Positions 17,301 through 26,811 of a stretch of DNA of 64,000 bases are shown piece by piece. Made by a program: the position numbers and the translations under genes. The DNA comes from Ignavibacteria bacterium (lineage in GTDB: Bacteria > Bacteroidota > Ignavibacteria > DATCTW01). The stretch is from the NCBI GenBank assembly GCA_036567745.1, contig DATCTW010000054.1, forward strand, positions 37,488 to 101,487. The letters are read 5' to 3'. How positions within the stretch are numbered: position 1 is the stretch's first letter; every line of letters starts with the position of its first letter. The notes under the pieces were generated by a model. The model worked only from the letters and a program-made list of their open reading frames with translations. It searched no databases and was not told where the DNA came from.

Positions 17301-18074
17301 ATGAAAAATTTTCTTGCTATTGATATAGGAAATACTCATATTACAGTTGGGGCTTATGAGGGGGAAAGGCTAATATTGGTTTTTAGTGTTAATTCTATAC
17401 TTGAATACTCTGAAAATGAATATTACCTTATATTTGAAGAAAATTTTAATAAGTATAATTTTTTATCATTAGATTTTGTTGGTTGTGGTATTTCATCAGT
17501 TGTTCCAGAATTAACAAATAAGGTTAAAAGAGCGATAGAAAAACTTTTAAAAATTGAGTCCAAAATTATTCATTCGGGTTTGAAGTTAAATTTTAACAAT
17601 AAATATAAGGAACCAACTAAATTAGGAATAGATCGTATTTGCTCAGTTTCTGCGGGTGTAAATAAATATGGTCATTCTTTAATTATTGGTGATTTTGGAA
17701 CAGCAACTACAATCGAAGTAGTTAACAAAAATTTTGATTATTTAGGTGGTATTATAATGCCTGGATTAAAAACTATGGTGGATTCATTGCATACAAAGAC
17801 ATCTCAATTACCAGAAGTTGACATAAATTTCCCCGAATCTATTATTGGAAATAGCACTGATTCCTGTATAAAATCTGGTGTGTTATATGGCTCACTTTTT
17901 GTATTTGAAGCATTCATAAAAAAATTTCAGGAAGAACTAGGGTATAAATGTAAAATAATTGTAACGGGTGGGTTTTCAAATCTTATTTCTTTAAAAACAA
18001 AAAAGATAGATTTTATTGAAAAATATCTTGTTTTAGATGGTATAAGGGTTATTTATAATTATAATTTTATTTAA
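17301..18074 (+). CDS. coaX: type III pantothenate kinase
   Basis: 'LAIDIGNTHITVG' N-terminal ASKHA motif, 'GIDRI' and 'GTATTIE' motifs; birA-coaX adjacency is common. Confidence 0.85.
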   Translation: MKNFLAIDIGNTHITVGAYEGERLILVFSVNSILEYSENEYYLIFEENFNKYNFLSLDFVGCGISSVVPELTNKVKRAIEKLLKIESKIIHSGLKLNFNNKYKEPTKLGIDRICSVSAGVNKYGHSLIIGDFGTATTIEVVNKNFDYLGGIIMPGLKTMVDSLHTKTSQLPEVDINFPESIIGNSTDSCIKSGVLYGSLFVFEAFIKKFQEELGYKCKIIVTGGFSNLISLKTKKIDFIEKYLVLDGIRVIYNYNFI

Positions 18075-18202
18075 TTTTTTTATTTTTTTTTCTTGATTTA
18101 TTAAGAAAATTTGTTTAATATTGAAATAAGAAACATTTAATTAATGCGAATTAACACTCTCGAAAAAAATTTTTTAAAAATAAATAGTCAGGGGCAATCC
18201 TA

Positions 18203-18937
18203 ATGAAATTGTATTTATTAATGTATCTTTTTTTTGCTGAATCATCTAAAGATCCTTTAATTAACTATCTAAATCAACTTGGGAAAGAATTTAATAAATT
18301 CTTTCCTTATGTAAATATTTTTCTTATTTTATGCCTTTTCGTGTTTATTTTTGGTATATTTCTTTTTCATAGTACTTTTGTGATATCTTTTGCAAGTAAA
18401 CTAACTAAAATGGTTAGTAAAAAGTTCTCTAAAGATTTAGAAGAGCTTTCACTTGCATTAAGTAAAAAGGGAAATTATTTGGGCTATAAATGGTTGAAAG
18501 AAAAAAATGAAGAAGAACTTACTAGTAGAAAAATATTTGAAGATTGGATGCAAAATGTATTTACTCAAGAATATTTTAATAATGTAACTGCATTTGCCTA
18601 TTTTGGTGCTTCAATACTTATTTTTATTATCGGGTTGCGTGGAATAAGAATATTTATAACATCAGAAACTCCGATGTTAGTAATTTTTGGTATTATGCTT
18701 GAGTTTAGTATGCTTATACTTTTAGCCTTTACACAATTTTATACACCTGAAACACTTGAATCGGAAAAAGAAGAAAAGGGTCCAATAATTGAAAATCTTG
18801 TAAAAGAGGTCAATAAGTTAAAAGGTACTTTAGGAATAATTGAAAAAGAATTAGAAGATGCTAAAAAATTAGTAAGGGATGCTCAAGATTCTCTTGATAA
18901 TAATACTGATCAGGAATTCTGGAGAGTAAAACGTTAA
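18203..18937 (+). CDS. inner-membrane protein with three TM segments and a C-terminal cytoplasmic coiled coil; MotA/TolQ/ExbB- or GldL-like topology (hypothetical)
   Basis: Hydrophobic segments at about aa 34-63, 126-150 and 156-180; Glu embedded in the last helix ('GIMLEFSMLILL'); charged heptad-like tail 'IENLVKEVNKLKGTLGIIEKELEDAKKLVRDAQDSL'. Confidence 0.45.
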   Translation: MKLYLLMYLFFAESSKDPLINYLNQLGKEFNKFFPYVNIFLILCLFVFIFGIFLFHSTFVISFASKLTKMVSKKFSKDLEELSLALSKKGNYLGYKWLKEKNEEELTSRKIFEDWMQNVFTQEYFNNVTAFAYFGASILIFIIGLRGIRIFITSETPMLVIFGIMLEFSMLILLAFTQFYTPETLESEKEEKGPIIENLVKEVNKLKGTLGIIEKELEDAKKLVRDAQDSLDNNTDQEFWRVKR

Positions 18938-18955
18938 TCACAAAGAGGCTATAAA

Positions 18956-19726
18956 ATGAATCAAAAAGGAAATAATGGTGGTAGTAAGCTTTGGATAGTG
19001 TTGTTTGCTGTAGCTCTTATTGAATTTTTGTATATAGTATTTATGCAACCAAAGCCTATACCTTGCCCAATAAAAATTGAAGGTAAAGTTGAAGATTATT
19101 TAAAAAATTCAGCATCCCCTATTTTAGCAGCATTACCTAATAAGGTAATTGTTTTTCCAGTGGATGCTCAAGATAATACTGGTAAAGTGATTTCTAAAAA
19201 TGGTGACTATGAGACTACAATAAACATTTCTTTACCTTATTATTATGATTCAAAAGCTCTTGAAACATTAAAAGAAACAGTTTCTTTAGAAAATGTTGTT
19301 TATATACCTCAAAAGGGTAAAGAAGCACAAAAACCAACCAAAAGTGATGAAGAAATCATTCAAATTCTAAATAACTCCTCTGAGGTGGAAAACAATCTTT
19401 TTAGTATAGATAAAGGGAATATTGTAGCTAATAGTAATAGTAATGAAATATTAATTCCTGTTAAGTTTAAAATTTACAATACAGGTTTATATAAATTTAA
19501 ATTAAATGGTAAATTAGAGAGAGCTTCATTAGTAAATAATAGTGGAGAAGAAAAGTTAAAAATTGCAAATGGTTATTTTGATATAAACAATAACGAACAG
19601 TTAAAATCTAATATTCTCTCAAATTGGAACAGGTTTTCACAAAACTTTTATATTATGGTTATGGATGCAACAAAACCTGAAGTTCCAGGAGTGTTAGCTC
19701 CTAAGGTAGAAGTACATCCAAAGTAA
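18956..19726 (+). CDS. single-pass membrane protein, periplasmic domain (paralog A of pair)
   Basis: N-terminal TM 'LWIVLFAVALIEFLYIVF' with embedded Glu; shares 'YNTGLYKFKLNGKL' and C-terminal 'PKVEVHPK' with the next gene. Confidence 0.45.
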   Translation: MNQKGNNGGSKLWIVLFAVALIEFLYIVFMQPKPIPCPIKIEGKVEDYLKNSASPILAALPNKVIVFPVDAQDNTGKVISKNGDYETTINISLPYYYDSKALETLKETVSLENVVYIPQKGKEAQKPTKSDEEIIQILNNSSEVENNLFSIDKGNIVANSNSNEILIPVKFKIYNTGLYKFKLNGKLERASLVNNSGEEKLKIANGYFDINNNEQLKSNILSNWNRFSQNFYIMVMDATKPEVPGVLAPKVEVHPK

Positions 19727-19747
19727 ATAATCGGGAGTAAGAATTAA

Positions 19748-20590
19748 ATGAGCAAATCTAGTAGTAATACATATAAAATTTATTTTATACTTTATTTAGC
19801 AGTAATTTTAGAATTGCTTTTAGTGATTGTTGAAAGAGATGACGCAGAAGATGATTTAAAAAAACAGAAGAGTAATATTGAGCAGGCTTTTGTTACATTT
19901 TTGACTGGCCTTGCTCAACCTCCTGAAGCAACTACAAGACAGGAAGTCTTAAAGATTTATGCTGATGCTGATGAAGCAAGCGGTTTGATTAATAAAAAGA
20001 CTTTCTCTGATACAAGCTTTTATATTACAATCCGTGGTGTGCATGATCTGGAAACTCTTAAGAATATCGAACTAATTCAAACTTTAATGGTTCCATTATC
20101 AGGTAAGGCATCCAGAGAGCCAAGGCCTGATAGTATAGTCAAACGGGAACTTGATTTAGCAAAAGACAGTTTAAATCATAATTATGTAAAAATTCATTTT
20201 GATAGAAGATTTTTAGAGCTTGATGGGAAAGATACTGTACTGAGAGTTCCGGTAACAATTAATTTTGATAGAACAGGTTTTTATAAATTTAAATTTGATT
20301 ATTATCTTGATAAATTAACTTTTGTACCAAATGCCAATAATCCTGATTCAATTAAGTTAGGTAATATTACTGCTGCTTTTCACATTGTTTATAATATGGA
20401 AAGGTTTACTAAGTTAGGTCCCAAAATTCTTGAAGGAGAGAAAAACTATCAACCAGCTAAACTAGAAGCTATTGTAAAGGAACTAAACAATCAATGGAAC
20501 AGGGCTGAAAATATTTTAATTTTACAAATAATTGATTCTAGCATTCCTGAGCCAGAACGGCCACCTAAAGTTCAGGTTCATACTCCATAA
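19748..20590 (+). CDS. single-pass membrane protein, periplasmic domain (paralog B of pair)
   Basis: N-terminal TM 'IYFILYLAVILELLLVIV' with embedded Glu; 'DRTGFYKFKFDYYLDKL' and C-terminal 'PKVQVHTP' match paralog A. Confidence 0.45.
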   Translation: MSKSSSNTYKIYFILYLAVILELLLVIVERDDAEDDLKKQKSNIEQAFVTFLTGLAQPPEATTRQEVLKIYADADEASGLINKKTFSDTSFYITIRGVHDLETLKNIELIQTLMVPLSGKASREPRPDSIVKRELDLAKDSLNHNYVKIHFDRRFLELDGKDTVLRVPVTINFDRTGFYKFKFDYYLDKLTFVPNANNPDSIKLGNITAAFHIVYNMERFTKLGPKILEGEKNYQPAKLEAIVKELNNQWNRAENILILQIIDSSIPEPERPPKVQVHTP

Positions 20591-20633
20591 ACAACTAATA
20601 TGTTTAATATGGCAAAATTTTAGGAGATTTAAA

Positions 20634-21755
20634 ATGAATATAAAAAGGTTTGTTGAAATAGTACTTTTAGTTATATATTTTTGTTTTGCGTTAATGGCTC
20701 AAGTACCAGATACTCGTACAGGTATTGAAGTTGAATCACCAATTAAGACATACATAGCTGCTAAAGACAATTGGAAAACAATTCCTTTTGTTGTTTCAAA
20801 TGCTAAAAAAGCATCAGCAAAATCACCGATAATTGAATCTTTAAGTGGAGCTGAGATTGTTAAATTTGATAGTCAAACAGTAAATAAAGTTATTGGAGAG
20901 AAAATAATAACAAATGATCCCAATGCTGTTGCAAATCAGGAAGGACAAAATTTTGAATATAGGTTTATACCTCGTGAAGCTGGCGACTATAAAATCACTT
21001 TAATAGGTTATGATGCTTCTAGACCAAATGATAGAGATGGAATAGGAGAAAAAGAAGTAAGATTGAAAGTTGTATATCCATTTTTCAAAGATATTGGTGT
21101 AGCTCCACCTTTACAGGCTTATGAAGGGGAAGATTTATTTATAAACTTTTTTGTTAATGGTCTTGAAAATGGAAATGAGTATAAAATAGTTAGAACATGG
21201 AAAGAAAAAACAGATACAATTCCTGGCTCAATATTTGAAATGACAGAAGAAAAAGGTAATCAAATTGCGAAAGGTGATGCAGGGCAAGTTTTAAAACTTG
21301 TAGTGTTATATCAAGGAAGTATATTTTACTATCTTGAGGGAGATAGTGCAAGTTTGGAAAATGCAGAAGAAGGACAGAAAATTAATATTGCAACTTTACA
21401 ACCAAAACCTTCAATTTTTAATATACCTGTAGTAAAACAAGCTCCTCAGGTTACGATTCCAAGAAATGATGTTCCTTATGGTGAGCGTATCGAGTTTACT
21501 GCATATTATAAAGGTGCGGAAAGAGGTGAACCTGTTCAGTTAAATGAAATAGAAAGACCAAGAGTCATAAATTTAAAAAATAATCAGAATATTTATCAAA
21601 AGCATGAACAACTTTCACCAGGTAAATTTGCTATCTATGTTAAAACAGGGCTTACTATTCCAAAAGATGGTCTCCCTATAAAAGTGATTGTAAAAGTACG
21701 TGGACAGGGGAAAGAATTTAATCAAAGTATAAAATTAGTCAAAAAGAAAAAGTAA
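20634..21755 (+). CDS. secreted/periplasmic hypothetical protein
   Basis: Signal peptide 'LLVIYFCFALMAQ'; start set at internal ATG with AGGAG RBS (ORF track begins at 20532); no known motif recognised. Confidence 0.45.
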   Translation: MNIKRFVEIVLLVIYFCFALMAQVPDTRTGIEVESPIKTYIAAKDNWKTIPFVVSNAKKASAKSPIIESLSGAEIVKFDSQTVNKVIGEKIITNDPNAVANQEGQNFEYRFIPREAGDYKITLIGYDASRPNDRDGIGEKEVRLKVVYPFFKDIGVAPPLQAYEGEDLFINFFVNGLENGNEYKIVRTWKEKTDTIPGSIFEMTEEKGNQIAKGDAGQVLKLVVLYQGSIFYYLEGDSASLENAEEGQKINIATLQPKPSIFNIPVVKQAPQVTIPRNDVPYGERIEFTAYYKGAERGEPVQLNEIERPRVINLKNNQNIYQKHEQLSPGKFAIYVKTGLTIPKDGLPIKVIVKVRGQGKEFNQSIKLVKKKK

Positions 21756-21804
21756 TTTAAGATACAATCTTAAATCATTATGTAGATGTTTTGGGAGATA
21801 AGAT

Positions 21805-23844
21805 ATGATAAAATTAAAATCTACTATTTTCATGGTTTTGTTTCTTTTTTTGTTTAGCGAAGGATTTTCTCAGAATATAAATGATAATATTCAGAAGTTG
21901 GATAGTTTAGCCTCAAAGCTAACTCAAAAAAATAAAGTTATTCGTGATGTAGCTACTTATAAAGTATTTCCTGAGAATAGTGATAACATCACAGATAATG
22001 GATATCTTTATACTAAAATGAATGGTTATCAACTTCCTTTAAACCATCCTTTAGTAAAATTATTGGATGAAATTTTTTATAATGAAGATCAAAATGGAGT
22101 AGTTGTATCAAATGATAAAGCTATAGGTTATAGAAAGGATGGACAGGATAAAACTTATAAAAGAGGCAATCTTTTCAGAGAAGATTCAACTATTGGAGTA
22201 AACGTTTATTATGCGCAGAAACCAAAATCACAAATGAATACAAGTGTTACAAAACGTTTTGAAATAGCTGAGATATTAATTCTTAAGAAGACAAATATAC
22301 CAGATGTTGATCAATCTGAAGAAGAGGAAGAAACTGGTACCAGAAGACGTACAAGGACTAAAACCACAAAATATATACAATATCCAAAAAATATGTGGTA
22401 TTCACTTTCAGGAACAAATTTAAAGAAAGCATTAGAAGGTTATGATAAAAATTTATATAATCAGATATTACGTTTATATGATGAGAGAATCGATGATTTA
22501 AATTTGAGCCCTTATTTCCCATTACCTAAAAGAGGTCCATTCCTTGTATCTGACTCTCTTGGTATAAATACTTTTACCAGTTATTTTACTAATACTCCAA
22601 TCTTCACTCCTCCTTCACCTGAAGAAACTATTAATAATTTACCTGAAGTTACTGGATTAGATCCTAACTCATTAGATGTTACTGCTTTTTCACCTTTTAT
22701 TAATGTCAAAGCAGGTGTAGATAATATTACAACAATACCTATTTCGAATAGATCAAAAAATCCAATAAAAATTGAGCAAGTTTCTTTAGAAAAACCAGAT
22801 CCTGTATGGAAAATTAAGAGTGCGGTATCAGTATTAGAACCTGAAAATTCATCAGAAATTGAGGTTGTATATAATCAATCTAAACCTGATAAAGAAGATA
22901 GGAATAATCTTATAATAAAGTGGTCTGAAGAGGGAGTTAAAACTGGAACTACTGTTGTACCTATAGCTGGAAAGACATCTCCTGAACCCCCGAGAATCTT
23001 TATAGATTTTTCACCACTATATTTTTCAGGTATATTTAGATTTGCAAATGATTGGAATTTTTCTTTTAAATTAGGTGATAAAGAAATAAATTATCCTTTC
23101 TGGTCAACAGGTAATTTAAGTTTACTTGCTGGATATCAGAATATTGTTAAGTTTGGTGTTGTATTACCTGCTAATTTTACAAATGGTGAAACCTTTGATG
23201 TTGGTTCAATAGTTGCTCCTCAGAGAAAACTTCATGGTACTGTAGGTTTGGCAGTTGAATTTAATTTGCAACCCACAGTGATGAGAAGTATTAATGAAGC
23301 TTTTGCTTTAGGTGGATATTTCTATTATGGTAAAATTAAAGATGGTAAAGAATATAGTAAGAAACCTCTAAATATTAATAATGATTTTTATTATGTGCCA
23401 ATTATAGCTCAAGTTTACTATCCTCTTATATTTAAGGATCTGGAGAAAAACCCTAAGAACATATTTCAAGTAAAAGCTGGTTTTAGTTACCATCAGGTTA
23501 AAAGAGAGCATATAATAACTAAATCGGAAATAGGACAAATGTTTTATGGGAAAGAAGAAAGATTAGTAACAAAGGATGATGTTGGCAAAGTGTATGAAGT
23601 AGAACTTATTAAGAAAGTTCCTTCACCTCTTGTTAGAATAGAATATATGAATCTTAATTCAGGTAATCAATTTGGTTTTGGTTTCCAGTTTGTTAATAAC
23701 ATTGCTAATTTTGATGCATGGCTTGAAGTTACAAAATGGTTGAGGATAGAAGCTTCGTACGTTCAACCTTTGAGAGATGCTGAAGAATGGGAAAATTCTG
23801 CTTTCTTCTGGATTTCACCGAGAATTTATTTCCCAATACCATAA
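21805..23844 (+). CDS. secreted hypothetical protein, probable outer-membrane component
   Basis: Signal peptide 'MVLFLFLFSEGFSQ'; C-terminal half rich in alternating aromatic/hydrophobic beta-strand-like segments. Confidence 0.4.
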   Translation: MIKLKSTIFMVLFLFLFSEGFSQNINDNIQKLDSLASKLTQKNKVIRDVATYKVFPENSDNITDNGYLYTKMNGYQLPLNHPLVKLLDEIFYNEDQNGVVVSNDKAIGYRKDGQDKTYKRGNLFREDSTIGVNVYYAQKPKSQMNTSVTKRFEIAEILILKKTNIPDVDQSEEEEETGTRRRTRTKTTKYIQYPKNMWYSLSGTNLKKALEGYDKNLYNQILRLYDERIDDLNLSPYFPLPKRGPFLVSDSLGINTFTSYFTNTPIFTPPSPEETINNLPEVTGLDPNSLDVTAFSPFINVKAGVDNITTIPISNRSKNPIKIEQVSLEKPDPVWKIKSAVSVLEPENSSEIEVVYNQSKPDKEDRNNLIIKWSEEGVKTGTTVVPIAGKTSPEPPRIFIDFSPLYFSGIFRFANDWNFSFKLGDKEINYPFWSTGNLSLLAGYQNIVKFGVVLPANFTNGETFDVGSIVAPQRKLHGTVGLAVEFNLQPTVMRSINEAFALGGYFYYGKIKDGKEYSKKPLNINNDFYYVPIIAQVYYPLIFKDLEKNPKNIFQVKAGFSYHQVKREHIITKSEIGQMFYGKEERLVTKDDVGKVYEVELIKKVPSPLVRIEYMNLNSGNQFGFGFQFVNNIANFDAWLEVTKWLRIEASYVQPLRDAEEWENSAFFWISPRIYFPIP

Positions 23845-23888
23845 ATGAAAATATGAAAATAAAAATAAAGATGTGGAGTTCGATTATT

Positions 23889-25388
23889 ATGAAAAAAATA
23901 TTATTTACCGGTTTTGCAATACTCTATATCCTCTTTTCTTTTAATTTATATGCTCAAAAAAAAGATAGTTTGAGTTTGGTTAGATCTCAAATTGAACCTA
24001 CAGAAAAGAGAATAGTTAACCCGGTTAACACTTTTTGGGATGAATTAAATTCACTCAGAGATAAAACTCCTGATCAACTATCAGTAGATGATATAAAAAA
24101 TATTGAAAATAAGATAGCGTATTTGGAAACTGAAAATAAAAGGTTGGATATTATTTTAAATGCTATTACTGAACTCAACCCTTTTTTCAGAGAATATCTT
24201 CCTCAATATATAGTTGAAGATGAAGAAATGCAAATAAGAATTGTTAATCAACTAAGGATGTATTTTGGGTTAAGTGAACCGGAGATGAATAGGCTTAAAA
24301 GTGAGATTAGGGGTGGAAAAATTAAAATAAGAGTTATTCAGAAACCTCTTACAGAAGAGGAACTTCAAGAAGAAGAACCAGAAAGAGCTTTAATTGGTAT
24401 ATATCTTGACCAGTATAAAATTGTTGGAAGCCAAGCTTTAACTGCTACCTTAGGTGAAGATTTATATAATAAACTTTTAGCTGATGTAGATAAATTTAAA
24501 ATAAAAACAGGTTCAGGCCCACTTTATAAAGAGCCTAAATTTGCTACTACAGATATTTCTATTTCAGGTGGTGCTTTAGCACTTAACTTACAAGCAGATA
24601 CTGCTCTCATTCAAATAGGTGCAAATGTAGCAATTGGTTATGATATTCTTAATTTACCTTTCTGGTATGGTGCTGTATGGAATGTTTCTGCTTTTTATCG
24701 ACCCGATCCAGATCAATATTATATGCTTGGAACACTTATTCCTTTTAGACCTGGTGATTCAGAAGTTGATTTAGTTGGGCCAATTCAATTAAAATCAAGA
24801 AAACTTAATGGCACTTATGGTATTTCTGCTGAGTTTGGTAAAAAACTTTTTGATATTTTACTAAAAGAAGATGAATGGGAAGGAAATAGTACTCTTGGAA
24901 TTTATATTGGTGGTAGTTTCAGTTATAGTGATTTAAAGAAGAGAGGGGATGAAATACTTGTTGATATAAATAGCAATAAAATAGGTTATTTGAATAACAA
25001 TCCTTTCTATTATATTGGTGCACATTATATTGGTTTTCTTGGATTTGAAGCACCAGCTTTATTGAAAGGTTTGCATTTTAATATTGGTTATGGTGCTTTT
25101 GCTGTTCACAAGACTGTAGTAGAAAAAGATGGTGAATCATTAAAGAAACTATCAAAGACAACAATATCTGATTTATATGCTAAACTTACATATGCACACG
25201 AAGGTATTACTGATTATACAATCTCTGCACAATATTTTAATCAATCACTTATGCTTTCTGGAATATTAAAAGTTTTTTCATGGCTCGGTCTTGAAGTTAA
25301 ATATGCAAGAGTCGTTGGAAGAGATCCTGATCCTTATGAATATCGAGATTACGTAACTGTTAGTCCTAGATTTTCATTTAGTTTCTAA
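23889..25388 (+). CDS. outer-membrane beta-barrel protein (hypothetical)
   Basis: Signal peptide 'AILYILFSFNLYAQ'; C-terminus 'SPRFSFSF' with terminal Phe typical of OMP barrels; start moved to ATG with GGAG RBS (ORF track 23787). Confidence 0.5.
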   Translation: MKKILFTGFAILYILFSFNLYAQKKDSLSLVRSQIEPTEKRIVNPVNTFWDELNSLRDKTPDQLSVDDIKNIENKIAYLETENKRLDIILNAITELNPFFREYLPQYIVEDEEMQIRIVNQLRMYFGLSEPEMNRLKSEIRGGKIKIRVIQKPLTEEELQEEEPERALIGIYLDQYKIVGSQALTATLGEDLYNKLLADVDKFKIKTGSGPLYKEPKFATTDISISGGALALNLQADTALIQIGANVAIGYDILNLPFWYGAVWNVSAFYRPDPDQYYMLGTLIPFRPGDSEVDLVGPIQLKSRKLNGTYGISAEFGKKLFDILLKEDEWEGNSTLGIYIGGSFSYSDLKKRGDEILVDINSNKIGYLNNNPFYYIGAHYIGFLGFEAPALLKGLHFNIGYGAFAVHKTVVEKDGESLKKLSKTTISDLYAKLTYAHEGITDYTISAQYFNQSLMLSGILKVFSWLGLEVKYARVVGRDPDPYEYRDYVTVSPRFSFSF

Positions 25389-25416
25389 AACTTAACTAAT
25401 AAATTATAATTAATTT

Positions 25417-25461
25417 AAGCCGTTAATTTGTTTATGAACAGATTAACGGCTTTAGATTTTT
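25417..25461 (+). terminator. rho-independent terminator
   Basis: Hairpin gccgttaatttg-tttatgaa-cagattaacggc followed by tttagattttt. Confidence 0.6.
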
Positions 25462-25465
25462 AAAT

Positions 25466-26788
25466 ATGATAAAAATGATTAAATATTTTAATATAGTTTT
25501 TTTCTTATTATTAATTATTACTTCTTTTTCTTTTGGACAAACTCCTAAATCAAAACTATATGTGGTAGGCGATAAAGTTAAACTTATTCCCAATGAATAC
25601 GAAAAAAATATCCAGGTATTTAATGTTGATATTAGCAACTTTCCTGAAATAAATTTAATTATGAAAGTATCACCTAACTATCTATCAAGGTTAAAGAATA
25701 AAAATCTCAAATTATACCAAGATGGGAAAGAACAAAAAATACTTTCAATTGAAAAAACTACTTATAAGAATAAAATTCCTGTTGATATAGTTATTGTAAT
25801 TGATAAAACTGGAAGTATGATAGATTATATTGATAAGATAAAACTTAATATTCAGAACTTTATTCAAAATATTTTGATGAAAGGAATTGATTACAAAATT
25901 GGAATAGTCACATTTTCTGATATTGTTGATTCTGTATATCAATTTACTCGTAATATTGATGAAATAGAGAAAAATTTAGCAAGTATAAAAGCAATTGGGG
26001 GTAACGATAAAAATGAGAATGCTTTAGAAGGTCTTAATGCAGCATATAATTATAATTTTAGACCAGATGCCAAAAAAATTATCCTGATTTTTACTGACGC
26101 TTTATTCCATTACAAAGGATTTTGTGGAGATGGAAAGACAGATTTAACACTTGAAGAAGTTATTGATTTAATGAAAAAGAAAAATATTAATGTTTATACG
26201 GTTGTTCCTCTTATGTACGACCAATACAAAAAATTATCAAAAAACACAGGAGGTAAAACTTATAATATTACTGATAATTTTAATTCATTATTAGAAACTT
26301 TTAGTGATGAAATAAGCCAATATTATACTGTTAGATATTTATATAATGAAAACTATATTAGTGATTCAATAGAAGTAGAATTATACGATAAAAAACACGA
26401 TGAATATCTGGTATCAAATAATGTTTCATTTTTAGATTTGAATAAAATGATGGTAATTAGCAACGATATATTATTTGATTTCAATAAATCAGAAATAAAA
26501 CCAATTTATTATAAAAATCTTAAAAATCTAACAAAATTTTTAAAGTTGCGAAATAGTATAGAGATTTCAATCAATGGTCATACTGATAATATCGGTTCTG
26601 ATGAATATAATAATAAACTTTCTTTAGATAGAGCTAATTCAGTAAAAGAATTTTTAATTAAAAATGGTGTTTCTGCAAGTAGATTAACTATCTATGGTTT
26701 TGGAAAAACTAAACCAATAGCTTCAAATGATACAGAACAGGGTAGGCAATTAAATCGTAGAATTGAAATTTTTATTACAAAAAAATAA
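25466..26788 (+). CDS. von Willebrand factor A domain protein with C-terminal OmpA-like peptidoglycan-binding domain
   Basis: MIDAS-like 'VIVIDKTGSM'; C-terminal 'NGHTDNIGSDEYNNKLSLDRANSVKEFL...RRIEIFI' OmpA_C signature; signal peptide. Confidence 0.75.
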   Translation: MIKMIKYFNIVFFLLLIITSFSFGQTPKSKLYVVGDKVKLIPNEYEKNIQVFNVDISNFPEINLIMKVSPNYLSRLKNKNLKLYQDGKEQKILSIEKTTYKNKIPVDIVIVIDKTGSMIDYIDKIKLNIQNFIQNILMKGIDYKIGIVTFSDIVDSVYQFTRNIDEIEKNLASIKAIGGNDKNENALEGLNAAYNYNFRPDAKKIILIFTDALFHYKGFCGDGKTDLTLEEVIDLMKKKNINVYTVVPLMYDQYKKLSKNTGGKTYNITDNFNSLLETFSDEISQYYTVRYLYNENYISDSIEVELYDKKHDEYLVSNNVSFLDLNKMMVISNDILFDFNKSEIKPIYYKNLKNLTKFLKLRNSIEISINGHTDNIGSDEYNNKLSLDRANSVKEFLIKNGVSASRLTIYGFGKTKPIASNDTEQGRQLNRRIEIFITKK

Positions 26789-26811
26789 CTGTTTTAAATT
26801 TATCTAAAAAC

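Noticed and set aside
18203-21755. Assignment of the membrane trio to canonical GldL/GldM/GldN or TolQ/TolR/TolA
   Set aside because: Gene order and sizes do not fit gldKLMN (no GldK-like lipoprotein first, the single-pass proteins are about half the GldM length). The 3-TM protein lacks the TolQ/ExbB TM2/TM3 signature I could recognise, and the single-pass proteins carry Glu rather than the GldM Arg or MotB/TolR Asp. Kept as an unassigned system instead.
25432-25638. 68-aa minus-strand ORF
   Set aside because: It overlaps the terminator hairpin and the start/signal-peptide region of the VWA-OmpA gene on the opposite strand; no independent support.
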